A stretch of DNA of 64,000 bases from Gemmatimonadota bacterium (GCA_039586365.1 JBDHKN010000001.1:32001-96000), one strand, 5' to 3'; shown: positions 51,033 to 60,964, counted from the first letter of the stretch. The notes: a model not told the origin generated them from the sequence alone. Program-made: numbers and translations.

Positions 51033-51278
51033 ATGCGCTGGCTGACCGATGATGCAGGGCGACGCTGGGCCGCCGAGAGGGTAGGCCGGACATCTGGTAT
51101 GATCGCCACTAAGAAGACCAAGAGCTCGTTCCCTGAGCCAGCTGACATCATTCGATTCAGTTGCGAATCCGATAACGCGGAGCCTGCGAGGGAGGTGACG
51201 ACCCGTGCAGGACTGCTGGAGCAACTAACCGAGTCAGAGCTCAAAGCCCTCCTCAATATCGCCCCCCGCGCACCGTAG
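51033..51278 (+). CDS. Small hypothetical protein
   Basis: 81 aa ORF divergent from the kinase; D..GRRW....V and L..L.E.EL..LL..A pattern. Confidence 0.7.
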   Translation: MRWLTDDAGRRWAAERVGRTSGMIATKKTKSSFPEPADIIRFSCESDNAEPAREVTTRAGLLEQLTESELKALLNIAPRAP

Positions 51279-51325
51279 GTCCCCCGCCAATGACTCGTGA
51301 ACTGGGTCCCTACTTCATAGCAGTG

Positions 51326-51340
51326 CTGCCATGTTGGCAG
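51326..51340. promoter_or_regulatory. Palindrome, candidate enhancer-binding-protein site upstream of lon
   Basis: CTGCCA-TGT-TGGCAG. Confidence 0.5.
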
Positions 51341-51411
51341 GTGTCATGGTGGGTTACCCGCCAACTCGACTGGAACACTGCCGGTTTGGGCCGTATTTCT
51401 TCAGCTGAGTA

Positions 51412-51426
51412 GGGCACGATAAGTGC
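51412..51426 (+). promoter_or_regulatory. Putative sigma54 -24/-12 promoter of lon
   Basis: GGGCACGATAAGTGC, with GG-N10-GC spacing and a GGCAC core. Confidence 0.55.
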
Positions 51427-51496
51427 GCTTCGTGCGTCGAAGTGGTTCATTTTCGGGTTGGGCGGTGAGTACACACGGTACATGGGGTGACTACAG

Positions 51497-53938
51497 ATGC
51501 CAGATGCAAAGATGATTCGAAAGAAGCTTCCGGTCTTGCCACTGCGTGGCTTAGTACTGTTCCCGGGTGTCACTGCCCCGATTGGAGCAGGTCGGCCACG
51601 CACGCTTGGGGCGATAGAAGCCTCTCTCAAGACGGAAGATCGGTTGATCTTCGCGGTGTGTCAGCGGGAAGACAAAGACGAAGTTGAGCCCGAAGGTCTA
51701 TACACGATGGGCACCGTCGCCCGCATCGGTCAGTTGCAGCGAGGGCTAGGTGGTATGCAGCTGCTCCTCCACGGGGAGTTTAGAGGTGCGGTGCTGCAGT
51801 ACACCGATGCCGAGGGGTTTCTGGAGGCGGTTGTTCAGGAGACCCCGGATCTGGATCCAATCGACGCTGCGAGTCCGTCGTTTGTTGCGTTACATAGAGA
51901 AGTCAGGGAGCGTGCGGCTGAACTTGGTGAGAAGACTGGTATTCCAGAGGAGATCATCCAACAAGTCATGGAGGGCGTCGACGACCCAGGTCGTTTTGCT
52001 GACCTGGTCGCGGGTTACCTCGACGCATCACCACAGGACCGACAGGCACTGCTTGAGACCATCGGGATCGAAGAACGTCTGCGCCGAGTCCTATTGCATG
52101 TTCAACGGCAGATCGGGTTGCTAACCGCGCAGCAGGAAATCAAGTCCAAGGTCCAGGAGGAACTGGGAGAAAGACAGAGGGAGATGTTCCTCCGAGAACA
52201 ACTCAAGGCGATCCGCAAAGAGTTGGGTGACGAAGATGAGGGAGTTGAAGTCGACGAGTTGCGAGAACGCCTGGAGGCGTTGCAGCTACCCGAGGAAGCG
52301 AAGAAGGAAGTCGACCGCGAACTCAGGCGTCTGGAACGCACTCCCCGCGAAGCGATGGAGTCACAAGTTATCCGTACCTTCCTTGAGACAGTGGCGGAGC
52401 TGCCTTGGAACCAGCGTACCCAAGACCATCTTGATCTGAAATTGGCCCAGGAGGTTCTCGATGAGGACCACTACGGGCTCGATGACGTGAAAGATCGGGT
52501 GCTTGAGTACTTGGCCGTTCGCCAGCTCCGCAGCCAGACTGCTCAAGTCGGAGACGCCGCTGGAAATGACGATGACCGTGCTCGGGGCACGATCCTTTTG
52601 TTTGCCGGTCCGCCAGGTACCGGCAAGACATCGGTTGCAAAGTCGATTGCTCGGGCGATCGGGCGCAAGTATGTGCGTATCGCACTAGGAGGTGCCCGGG
52701 ACGAGGCAGACATTCGAGGCCATAGACGCACGTATGTGGGCGCGATGCCAGGGCGGATCATCGATGGACTTAAACGTGCCGGCACTAAGAACCCAGTGTT
52801 TCTTCTCGATGAGGTGGATAAGCTCGGTGTCTCCTTCCAGGGTGATCCTGCGTCGGCCCTGCTGGAAGTGTTGGATCCAGCACAAAACGACACCTTCACA
52901 GATCACTATCTGGGGGTGCCCTTCGATCTGTCGGAAGTGATGTTCATTGCAACTGCGAACTTCATGGGGAACATTCCCGCTCCGCTGCTTGACCGCATGG
53001 AGGTTGTGGACTTCTCCGGCTACACCGAGGGCGAGAAGCTGGCCATAGCTCTGCAGTACTTGGTACCACGTCAGCTCAGCGAGGCTGGACTCACTCCTGA
53101 CCAGCTGACCATAACTGACAAAGCGATATCGGCTGTGATCGCCAGGCACACTCGTGAGGCCGGAGTGCGGCAGCTCGAACGGGAACTTGGTAAGGTTGCT
53201 CGCAAGGTCGCTCGCAAGATCGCGGCGAAAGACGTGGACCAGATTGCTGTGGACCAGGACAACGTGCGGGACCTGCTAGGGAGACCCACAGTTCATCCCG
53301 AGAGGGCAGCCGAACACGACGAGGTTGGGGTAGCCACCGGCATGTACTACACTCCGGCAGGGGGCGACATCATGTTTGTAGAGGTTTCCATGATGTCGGG
53401 TAAGGATAACCTCGTGTTGACAGGTCAGCTCGGTGACGTAATGAAGGAATCTGCGCGAGCAGCGTTGTCATACGCCAAGTCACACGCCGAGGAACTGGGG
53501 ATTTCAGAGGACAAGTACGTGGGCAAAGACGTGCACGTTCACGTACCGGCCGGAGCCATTCCCAAAGACGGTCCATCGGCTGGTGTGGCGATGGCGACCG
53601 CCCTGGTTAGCCGTATGGTGGAAATCCCGGTGCGCAGCGATCTCGCATTGACAGGGGAAGTGACGCTATCAGGACGCGTGCTTCCAATCGGCGGCGTCAA
53701 GGAGAAGGTCTTGGGGGCTTGTCGAGCGGGTATCACGCACATCGTTCTGCCCAAAGAGAACCTCGCCGATCTGGAGGATCTTAGCGAGGAGGAACGGAAG
53801 CGGATCACGGTCGACGCAGTCGAATCCCTGAGTGAGGCGATCGCTATTGCGCTGAGCCGGCAGCCGAAGAAGCGGGGCAAGAAAGACGGTGGCGCTCAGT
53901 CCAAGAAGGTGACCAAATCTATGGCAAGTCGGCACTAG
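51497..53938 (+). CDS. lon: ATP-dependent protease La (Lon)
   Basis: LPVLPLR, GPPGTGKTS, GHRRTYVGAMPG, PKDGPSAG, IGGVKEK. Confidence 0.97.
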   Translation: MPDAKMIRKKLPVLPLRGLVLFPGVTAPIGAGRPRTLGAIEASLKTEDRLIFAVCQREDKDEVEPEGLYTMGTVARIGQLQRGLGGMQLLLHGEFRGAVLQYTDAEGFLEAVVQETPDLDPIDAASPSFVALHREVRERAAELGEKTGIPEEIIQQVMEGVDDPGRFADLVAGYLDASPQDRQALLETIGIEERLRRVLLHVQRQIGLLTAQQEIKSKVQEELGERQREMFLREQLKAIRKELGDEDEGVEVDELRERLEALQLPEEAKKEVDRELRRLERTPREAMESQVIRTFLETVAELPWNQRTQDHLDLKLAQEVLDEDHYGLDDVKDRVLEYLAVRQLRSQTAQVGDAAGNDDDRARGTILLFAGPPGTGKTSVAKSIARAIGRKYVRIALGGARDEADIRGHRRTYVGAMPGRIIDGLKRAGTKNPVFLLDEVDKLGVSFQGDPASALLEVLDPAQNDTFTDHYLGVPFDLSEVMFIATANFMGNIPAPLLDRMEVVDFSGYTEGEKLAIALQYLVPRQLSEAGLTPDQLTITDKAISAVIARHTREAGVRQLERELGKVARKVARKIAAKDVDQIAVDQDNVRDLLGRPTVHPERAAEHDEVGVATGMYYTPAGGDIMFVEVSMMSGKDNLVLTGQLGDVMKESARAALSYAKSHAEELGISEDKYVGKDVHVHVPAGAIPKDGPSAGVAMATALVSRMVEIPVRSDLALTGEVTLSGRVLPIGGVKEKVLGACRAGITHIVLPKENLADLEDLSEEERKRITVDAVESLSEAIAIALSRQPKKRGKKDGGAQSKKVTKSMASRH

Positions 53939-53945
53939 GCAAAGC

Positions 53946-54515
53946 TCACCACTCCAGGGTCCTCAAGAGGATCTGAGCGATTCCCTCGCACGGGTCAGCC
54001 CCGCCGGAGCCTTCACTGCACACCTGATCCAACGCCAAGTGGCCCAATATGAGACCGAGCGCGTGACGGGCGGCCGCAGCTGGATCGGTGTTGTCGCGGA
54101 AATAGCCCAACCGTTGACCGTCCGACACGGCGTCCGCGAATCGCGTCAGCAGCCGCTCAATCGTCGTAGCCGCCAGTTCCGTGGTATGCTCGGTCACGTC
54201 CTGGTCGAGCGTGAACAGCTTGGTTAGATGGGGACGGGCTGCAAGGGCGTTGTATGTGGCAATGACTTCACGTCGCAACGTTGCCCGAGAGCTGCCCTCG
54301 GTGGCAACAGGTCTGTCGCTGAGTTGTTGCTTTGATTGCGCGACCACCGCGTTGTACAAGCGGGACTTGGAGCCAAAATAGTAGAACAGGAGTTGTTTGT
54401 TCACGCCGGCCCGATCTGCGATTCGTTGGACTCGGGCTCCAGCGAAGCCGTGGCCATTGAACTCTTCTGCAGCTGCAGCGAGGATGTCCAGTCTTCTATT
54501 GCGAACGCCTTGCAC
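53946..54515 (-). CDS. TetR/AcrR family regulator
   Basis: ILAAAAEEF..HGFAGARVQRIA.RAGVNKQLLFYYFGSK. Confidence 0.93.
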   Translation of the reverse strand: MQGVRNRRLDILAAAAEEFNGHGFAGARVQRIADRAGVNKQLLFYYFGSKSRLYNAVVAQSKQQLSDRPVATEGSSRATLRREVIATYNALAARPHLTKLFTLDQDVTEHTTELAATTIERLLTRFADAVSDGQRLGYFRDNTDPAAAARHALGLILGHLALDQVCSEGSGGADPCEGIAQILLRTLEW

Positions 54516-54526
54516 GGATCTTCACC

Positions 54527-54540
54527 CAACCAGTTGGTTG
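54527..54540. promoter_or_regulatory. Candidate TetR operator
   Basis: CAACCA-GT-TGGTTG palindrome 11 nt upstream of the tetR start. Confidence 0.6.
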
Positions 54541-54568
54541 ATTAAGGTTTGGTGTGGCGTTCTGATTG

Positions 54569-55255
54569 TCAACCTCCGATGAAGAGGTCGATGGTCCCCC
54601 TCACTGCGCCCACGAATATAGGGTCGGACGACCAGTATCCTGATAGCTGTTTGTCGCTCGTTTGCCGCCCTACTAGTGCCACCCGGGCAGCCGTAAGAAG
54701 AGCCGCCGGAGCACCGAAGTAACTTTCGACGACTGACGTATCGATGGTGCCGGCCACTGGCCCGGGCGGGTCCCAAGCCTGATCGCCAATACTCCAAAGG
54801 ACTGTTTCCGCTTGGTCCTGGATGCGTTTGCGCCAGACAGGAGTCAGTAAGGTGAGAATCTCGACCGGCGCTATGCATACGACCGTCGCGGCCCGCACAG
54901 CAGTGCGCAACGCCAGCTCGCCAAACGATCGTTGGCCAACAAACGGGACCGTGGTTGGCTCCCCAGGGCGTTCACGCGCCCGGATCTCCGATTCTAACTG
55001 ATCGAGCTTGGCGAGCTGTCTTTCTGAGACGAGTGCCAGCAGCTCTGATGGGCCGATTGGTCGAAAGATTTGTGGGTTACGACTCACCAGTAGTGCGGCC
55101 CCTTTGCTGACCAGGCCATTGAGGGCTTGGTAAATGTTCGCTCTGGCAGCGCCGACCAGCTTGGCAAGAGCATAGGCCGATGTCGGTCCCCGGTCCAGCA
55201 GGGCAGTGTAGGCCAGTGCCTCGGTCGGGGTGAACCCAAACGGCGTGAGATCCAT
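54569..55255 (-). CDS. TrmB-family transcriptional regulator
   Basis: FGFTPTEALAY.ALL..GP.SAY.LAK.VGAARANIYQAL..L..KG. Confidence 0.85.
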   Translation of the reverse strand: MDLTPFGFTPTEALAYTALLDRGPTSAYALAKLVGAARANIYQALNGLVSKGAALLVSRNPQIFRPIGPSELLALVSERQLAKLDQLESEIRARERPGEPTTVPFVGQRSFGELALRTAVRAATVVCIAPVEILTLLTPVWRKRIQDQAETVLWSIGDQAWDPPGPVAGTIDTSVVESYFGAPAALLTAARVALVGRQTSDKQLSGYWSSDPIFVGAVRGTIDLFIGG

Positions 55256-55332
55256 TGTGGATGGCGGAGTTGCTTATGCTACTACTACTACTCATTCGGG
55301 CGGATTGGCGCAAGGTAGCTAAGTCGCAGGAA

Positions 55333-56439
55333 TCAGCAGTACTCCAGAGTCCGACCGGAGAGCCTAGCGATCAGGGCCAGCCGGAACGACACGTCCGCCT
55401 TCCTGGCCTCAGGCGAGCGAGTGTCCTGCTCAAGGGGGCAAGCGAAATCTGCGAGTCCAGATGTGCTGCGTGGCAGGGTCCTGAGGTTGCCTGGATTCCA
55501 AACACCGGACTCATCGCAATGGCGCAAGAGGCACGCTAATACTCGTTGAGCTGTAGGTGCCGCATCCAGCAGGCTCATTCGCGCCAACAACTCCAGCCAA
55601 TGAAGAGCAAACGGCAGATCCTTGGGCTTGCCGGAGCTGTCGGCTAACAGCGGATCACCGAGCAGGTGAAAAGTCGGTTTCAGGGTTCTTCGCCCCAACG
55701 AGATGACGTATTGTCTCTTGGTGGCTGGCCTGGTGAGGTAGGCGGCAAGGCGCTCCACGAATCCGGCGCGGTCTCGCTGCAGGCTCGGCATGAACGCAAC
55801 TACCGCCACGGAAAAGACGGTCGGGACATAGGCCTCGGGGTGCAGGATGTTCCTCGCACCCTTCCTGATTATCGGCTTGTCAGCCAGCTCACTTCTGAGG
55901 AAGCGGGAGACCCTCGAGATGATCCGGTGAGCTGCTCCGCGGACTCGCGGATCTTCAACTTTCCCTGCCTGTGCCAGCGCAGCTGTGGCTCCCTCGCGCA
56001 TGAGATCCCTTGCCCACAGCCCAAGGTGAGGATTCGCGCTGGCAGCCTTCTTGTATTCAAACAACAGAGCAGGGTCCTGGTCCCGCGACAGAATCCTGAA
56101 GAGCAATCTGTCGGCCAGCCGAAACGGACGCGCGCTGGTTGGGATTCCCATCTCCAGCAGACGCCTGTATTGAGCGACAGTTCCCACATCCTTGATCCCC
56201 TGGGCCTTGGAAGCGGCAACGCCGAGCACATTGCCGCCCCAAGTACCATTGGCCCACTGCTTCTTGAAGATCTGCTTCACGAGTTTGTATCCGAGCAGTT
56301 CCTCGCGCAGCTCTGCCATTTCGGCACTGGTGCCCGACCGTGGAGGCAGAATCTCAGTGAGCGTACGCCACCGAATCGCCGGACAGGCGTTCTCCCTCAG
56401 CCAAGTGACAGGAACTCGGTGGCTCTCATGTGGTTCCAG
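55333..56439 (-). CDS. Hypothetical alpha-helical protein with QW-like motifs
   Basis: WL.ENA.PAIRWRTL; KQWANGTWG, CDESGVW; reading frame open to CTG 56439 behind SD GAGGAG. Confidence 0.75.
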   Translation of the reverse strand: MEPHESHRVPVTWLRENACPAIRWRTLTEILPPRSGTSAEMAELREELLGYKLVKQIFKKQWANGTWGGNVLGVAASKAQGIKDVGTVAQYRRLLEMGIPTSARPFRLADRLLFRILSRDQDPALLFEYKKAASANPHLGLWARDLMREGATAALAQAGKVEDPRVRGAAHRIISRVSRFLRSELADKPIIRKGARNILHPEAYVPTVFSVAVVAFMPSLQRDRAGFVERLAAYLTRPATKRQYVISLGRRTLKPTFHLLGDPLLADSSGKPKDLPFALHWLELLARMSLLDAAPTAQRVLACLLRHCDESGVWNPGNLRTLPRSTSGLADFACPLEQDTRSPEARKADVSFRLALIARLSGRTLEYC

Positions 56440-56564
56440 AATTGCTCCTCAGTAAGCGACGGAACCGTTGAAGTGGGCGTGAAATTACCGTACCGTACCT
56501 ATTTCGGCCAGGGGGATGTTTAACAATATACTCCACAAAGCTTTAACGTAGTGTGCCGTGGCAG

Positions 56565-57518
56565 TTAGGGCCCTTTCGCAGGGGCATACGGGCATGCCGC
56601 ACGGGCTACTCCGCCCGGTTGCCCCAGAGCTGTCTCGCTGGTCAGCACTACCCAGTTGCTGTCGAGGAAATCGACCCCCTCGCCCTGAGGCTGTCGGAGT
56701 CCAACCTGACATGGCGACCCAATCGCCTGGATGCGCCCGCTGGCCTCGAGCCGGAAGAACAAGAGCTGGGTATACGTACGCACCACTAGGATTCCGCCAT
56801 CATTGGAAACAGCGGCAGCCGTAACCTGATTGATCAGACCGACCGGCGTGGCAATGGGCAAAGTGTCGATTGCGCTAGCAACGACCGATCGCTCGGTCAA
56901 TTGGGCCCCCGGAATCGAGTAGACAACTATCGGTCCGCTGCGACCTTTGGAAATGAGCAGAACGTCGCCATTCGGCCTGATGGCCAGCGCCTCCACGTCT
57001 CGGGGGCGATCGGAGTAACGGATGTGTACCAGTCGGGCCTGATCGGTCCACTCGGCTGATCTAAGACCTCCATCTGTGACCGACGGCTCCGGGAATATGT
57101 AGATACCCACTGTACTGCGCTGCTCTAAGTTGTCTCCGGTGTCGGACACATATACGCAGGACTGAGTGCCAGTGGGTGCCGGGCAGGGTCCCACAGCGAT
57201 GTCCTCCCAATCCACGGCTTCTGCCCCCGTCACTCGAAACCTGCCAAGATCCCGACCGGACAAATCGGTCGCATAGACTATGGGGTCATCACCCGAGTCA
57301 TTGTGAGTCCAAAGGACTCCCGGGTTCGCGCGACTGACCGCTACCCCTGAGCTCTCAGATAGCCTGGCTGAAGCGAAGAGCCCGGTGTACTCGAAACGCA
57401 CGGGGCTCTGGGTCTGTCCGGCTGCAATACGCAGAGGCAGTCCCACGATCACGAGAAGCGCACAGAAAGTCCGGAGAGCGGTGTGCCTGGTCAATGGACC
57501 CCCAACTCGGTCACGCAC
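56565..57518 (-). CDS. Secreted beta-propeller-like protein
   Basis: Signal peptide; ESSG.A.S, WTHNDSG, DWEDIA, DTGDN, DVEAL, QGEG. Confidence 0.8.
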   Translation of the reverse strand: MRDRVGGPLTRHTALRTFCALLVIVGLPLRIAAGQTQSPVRFEYTGLFASARLSESSGVAVSRANPGVLWTHNDSGDDPIVYATDLSGRDLGRFRVTGAEAVDWEDIAVGPCPAPTGTQSCVYVSDTGDNLEQRSTVGIYIFPEPSVTDGGLRSAEWTDQARLVHIRYSDRPRDVEALAIRPNGDVLLISKGRSGPIVVYSIPGAQLTERSVVASAIDTLPIATPVGLINQVTAAAVSNDGGILVVRTYTQLLFFRLEASGRIQAIGSPCQVGLRQPQGEGVDFLDSNWVVLTSETALGQPGGVARAACPYAPAKGP

Positions 57519-57573
57519 ACAATTCTAGTCGCAGCATTGCTACTCGTGAAACGACCCGACATCTTTTGTCCTC

Positions 57574-59607
57574 ATGATTGAGAACCTCAAAAACAGGGTG
57601 GTCACCCGACTCCCTTCGGAGATCCGCTTCACTGGCAGGGTCTTGTTTCTTGTGGATGACCCCGACTTGGTCAGGCGACAACTCCAAGGAGAGGATCTGA
57701 CGTGGCCCTTGGGGGTGCCACTCCGCGACAATATCTCAACCGACGAGATCACGCCAGCCTACATCTGTTACTACTTTGACGAGACGTTGGGTGATTTTCC
57801 CTATCTAGGACTCAATGCTAGTGGTGAGTTCCCAGTGCAGCGCGGCGCGGTGCGGTCGGGTAATTTCGTGTGTTCAGTCAGTGGCAAGAGACGCGGGAAG
57901 GGCTCCTCGAGAGAGCAATCGCCCTATGCTGAGCTCGCTGCTGGAATTCGCCTGGTCATAGCCGAGAACATCGAACGGATATATCGCGAGAACTGCCAGA
58001 ATCTGGGCATGTTGACGAGCACGGATTTTTCTTTGGTGGAGCGGGTTCAGCGCGATGAGCCCATCCCGCTAGTCGAGTTCACATGCGGTATGGGATCGAT
58101 AACTCGCGACGTGATCGAGTACGGTGGGCTCTTCAATTACAACGTGGCGCGCCTTCAGGGTAGGATCAAGGTACCCCATCCCGTTGTGCGCCGTCGGCCG
58201 ATGACGTTAGGAGAGAAGATCCTGGCTCGGCACTGGGTAAAGGAACTATCCGAGGACCACGTTGGTGTACCCGGTGTCGCTCCGGGTGATGAGGGGTTCG
58301 TGCGCACCGACATCCGATTCAGCCACGAGTATGTCACTCCAATGGCTGCCATTCTCTGGGAAACCAATGTGGGCCCACACGAGCACATCGTCGATCCGAG
58401 CTCGGTCTTCTTCTTCCGTGATCACCTCACATTTCTTGAGCTGGTCATGACTGAGGAGCGTAAGGCGCAGGGACTATTGGATGTCGCCCTCGAACTGAAG
58501 TCCAAACAGGAGCAGTTTGGCGCTGAGCAAGGGGTCAGGCTCTACGGTGAACTCGAACGCCTGCCCAATGCGGCAGATCTGAGTGGTTCCGAGGCGATCT
58601 GCCACTCCAAGATCCTCGAAGAACACGCTCTTCCCGGTCATGTAGTCATCGGTAGCGACTCACACACGTCCCATGCTGGTGCCATAGGGTGCGTTGCTTT
58701 TGGAGTCGGAACGACGGCCATCTTCAACTCGTGGCTCACCAAGGACGTTCGTGTCACCGTACCGCCAACAGTCCTCATCCGCATCCATGGTACCATACCG
58801 GCAAACGTGACCGCGAAAGACTTCATGCTGCAGGTACTTCGCCACCCGTACGTAAAGAACGGGCATGCGATCGGCAAGATAGTCGAGTATGCGGGGGAAG
58901 CAGTGGAGAACCTGTCGGTCGACGAGCGCGCCACGATGACCAACATGGCGGCCGAAGTGGGTGCCTTCACCGGCATCGTTAGACCGGATGCCAAAGTCAT
59001 AGAGTACTTGGTTGCCGAACGAGGAATGGATGCGGGGGCGGCAAGTTCTCTCGTGCAGGATCTGGAGTCAGATCCCGACGCTGACTACGAAGAGCTGATC
59101 GAGTTCGAAGCCAGTGAACTAAAGCCGCTCGTCGCTCTGCCTGGCGATCCGGGCAATGGCCTCTTCATCGATGAATTGGGCACTCGCGTAAAGATCGACA
59201 TCGCTTACGCCGGCTCTTGTACCGCTGGCAAGAAGTCGGACATGGACATGTACGCCCGAGTGTTTGGCGAGGCGCGGCATCGCGGTGAGCGCGTCCATCC
59301 CGATGTTCAATGCTTCATTCAGTGTGGCTCGCAGGAAGTGAAGCGCTACTGCCAGGCGGCCGGGTATCTGGATCTGTTCCGTGCGGTGGGCGCCCAGTTC
59401 ATCGAGCCGTCGTGTGGGGCCTGTATCAATGCTGGCCCGGGTGTCTCCTACGACAGCGCATCGGTGACGATCAGCGCCATCAACCGCAACTTCCCAGGTC
59501 GCTCAGGTCCCGGTCAGCTCTATTTGGCTAGTCCATACACCACCGCTGCGAGTGCCATAGCGGGCCACATCGTTGCTTGGCACCCGGCCCGAACCTGCGA
59601 CGAGTAG
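57574..59607 (+). CDS. Aconitase-family hydratase, swivel (LeuD-like) domain fused N-terminally to a large (LeuC-like) domain
   Basis: DNISTDEI and GKGSSRE in the N-terminus; DH, DSHT, GSCTAG, CGAC, NRNFPGRSG in the C-terminus. Confidence 0.9.
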   Translation: MIENLKNRVVTRLPSEIRFTGRVLFLVDDPDLVRRQLQGEDLTWPLGVPLRDNISTDEITPAYICYYFDETLGDFPYLGLNASGEFPVQRGAVRSGNFVCSVSGKRRGKGSSREQSPYAELAAGIRLVIAENIERIYRENCQNLGMLTSTDFSLVERVQRDEPIPLVEFTCGMGSITRDVIEYGGLFNYNVARLQGRIKVPHPVVRRRPMTLGEKILARHWVKELSEDHVGVPGVAPGDEGFVRTDIRFSHEYVTPMAAILWETNVGPHEHIVDPSSVFFFRDHLTFLELVMTEERKAQGLLDVALELKSKQEQFGAEQGVRLYGELERLPNAADLSGSEAICHSKILEEHALPGHVVIGSDSHTSHAGAIGCVAFGVGTTAIFNSWLTKDVRVTVPPTVLIRIHGTIPANVTAKDFMLQVLRHPYVKNGHAIGKIVEYAGEAVENLSVDERATMTNMAAEVGAFTGIVRPDAKVIEYLVAERGMDAGAASSLVQDLESDPDADYEELIEFEASELKPLVALPGDPGNGLFIDELGTRVKIDIAYAGSCTAGKKSDMDMYARVFGEARHRGERVHPDVQCFIQCGSQEVKRYCQAAGYLDLFRAVGAQFIEPSCGACINAGPGVSYDSASVTISAINRNFPGRSGPGQLYLASPYTTAASAIAGHIVAWHPARTCDE

Positions 59608-59683
59608 ACGGCTGCCGCACTGAGACCGAGGAGGGGCACAGCCTCTGCCCGCGGATGGCGTGCGCGCGACGACCCCGGGATAC

Positions 59684-60964
59684 TCAGGGTCGTTGACCTC
59701 CGTCCGGATTCGGTTGCCTGGAAGGACTCTCCGGCAGGTTTGGACTGTGACTCCGCTTGAAGGCTCCGGGCGGGTATCGTGCGCTTGCGTTCCAGAGGAT
59801 CCAGTCGGTTAGTCCAAGGTCTTCAACGGCATCTATTTCGGCTCGGACTTCGACAGCCGTGTATCTGACTCGCCGTATCGAGAACGACTGCAGGAACGGT
59901 CTAATCCTCGCCCCGCCCTCTACTGCAGCAGCCCGTCTGATCCCATCCACCAATGCACGCCGCACAACCTCGTACGGTTCTGCATTCGGCCATTCCAAGC
60001 CATATGCGCCACGGTAATAGTGGCTGGGATACACCATTGGCAGCACGACGTCGGCAACCCGAACCACGTCTTCCCAATACTGCCCAATACCCAGATCGTT
60101 CGTGGAACTCGTTGTGAGCCCAAATACGTCGAGGGTATAGGGCACTCCAAGTGCGTTGATACGAGTCTTCAACAACTCCAGGTTGCGCCGAATTCCGGTG
60201 CGCTTGGATTCCCTCCCCCTCCGCGCCGGGTAAGATGCGCGGGCGAGGGATTCCGCCGGTTCATCCGGGAAACGCACGTAGTCGAATTGGACTTCACGAA
60301 AACCGAGAAGCACAGCTTCGGCGGCGATGTCGGCCGCGTAGAGCCACACGGAGTCCCGGAAGGCATCGACCCATGCGGTGCTGAACCGATCTAACCACAA
60401 CCCGCCGTCGACGTCCTGTACCGCCCACTGCGGTTTGTGCTTGGCGAGAAGAGGGTCTTTCGCAACGACGATCCGTGCTATGGCGTGGATACCATGCTCC
60501 CGTAGCAGGGAGAGTCGCTCGCGCACATCAGCAGCACGCACGCGTTGGTTTGCTCCGATTGCCACTGCCGTTGGCACACTCGAGCGGTATGTCAGGTGTC
60601 CGGTGCCATCTTTGACGTCGATAACGAATGCGTTGATCTCAGTCGTGTCGGCCAGCGCAATCAGGCTGTGGAACCGGCTGGAGCCGAAGGTCCAGCCGTT
60701 CATGTACACTCCGCGCACCACAGCAGGGGTCTCGCCGGGCGGTGGTGGCGGTAGCCGAATGGCAGTGAGATCCTCGGGGATGATTTCGGCCAGGTAGTCT
60801 GGGCGAAGACTCTCGTGATGTAGCTTGGTCCAGGAGAACTGCGGTGACGGTTCCTGGGCGGCGGCTAGGGCCACAGCAACAAGGTGCGTATGCAGAGTCG
60901 GGGCGGCCAGCCCGAGCATCGCGGTCAGAGGGCGGGGCCCGACAAGGCGTCCGAACGCTGCCAT
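59684..60964 (-). CDS. Putative glycoside hydrolase (DUF4015)
   Basis: VRGVY, NAFVIDVKD, ARIVV.KD, GF.EVQFDYVRFP, PMVYPSHY, RPFLQ. Confidence 0.88.
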   Translation of the reverse strand: MAAFGRLVGPRPLTAMLGLAAPTLHTHLVAVALAAAQEPSPQFSWTKLHHESLRPDYLAEIIPEDLTAIRLPPPPPGETPAVVRGVYMNGWTFGSSRFHSLIALADTTEINAFVIDVKDGTGHLTYRSSVPTAVAIGANQRVRAADVRERLSLLREHGIHAIARIVVAKDPLLAKHKPQWAVQDVDGGLWLDRFSTAWVDAFRDSVWLYAADIAAEAVLLGFREVQFDYVRFPDEPAESLARASYPARRGRESKRTGIRRNLELLKTRINALGVPYTLDVFGLTTSSTNDLGIGQYWEDVVRVADVVLPMVYPSHYYRGAYGLEWPNAEPYEVVRRALVDGIRRAAAVEGGARIRPFLQSFSIRRVRYTAVEVRAEIDAVEDLGLTDWILWNASARYPPGAFKRSHSPNLPESPSRQPNPDGGQRP

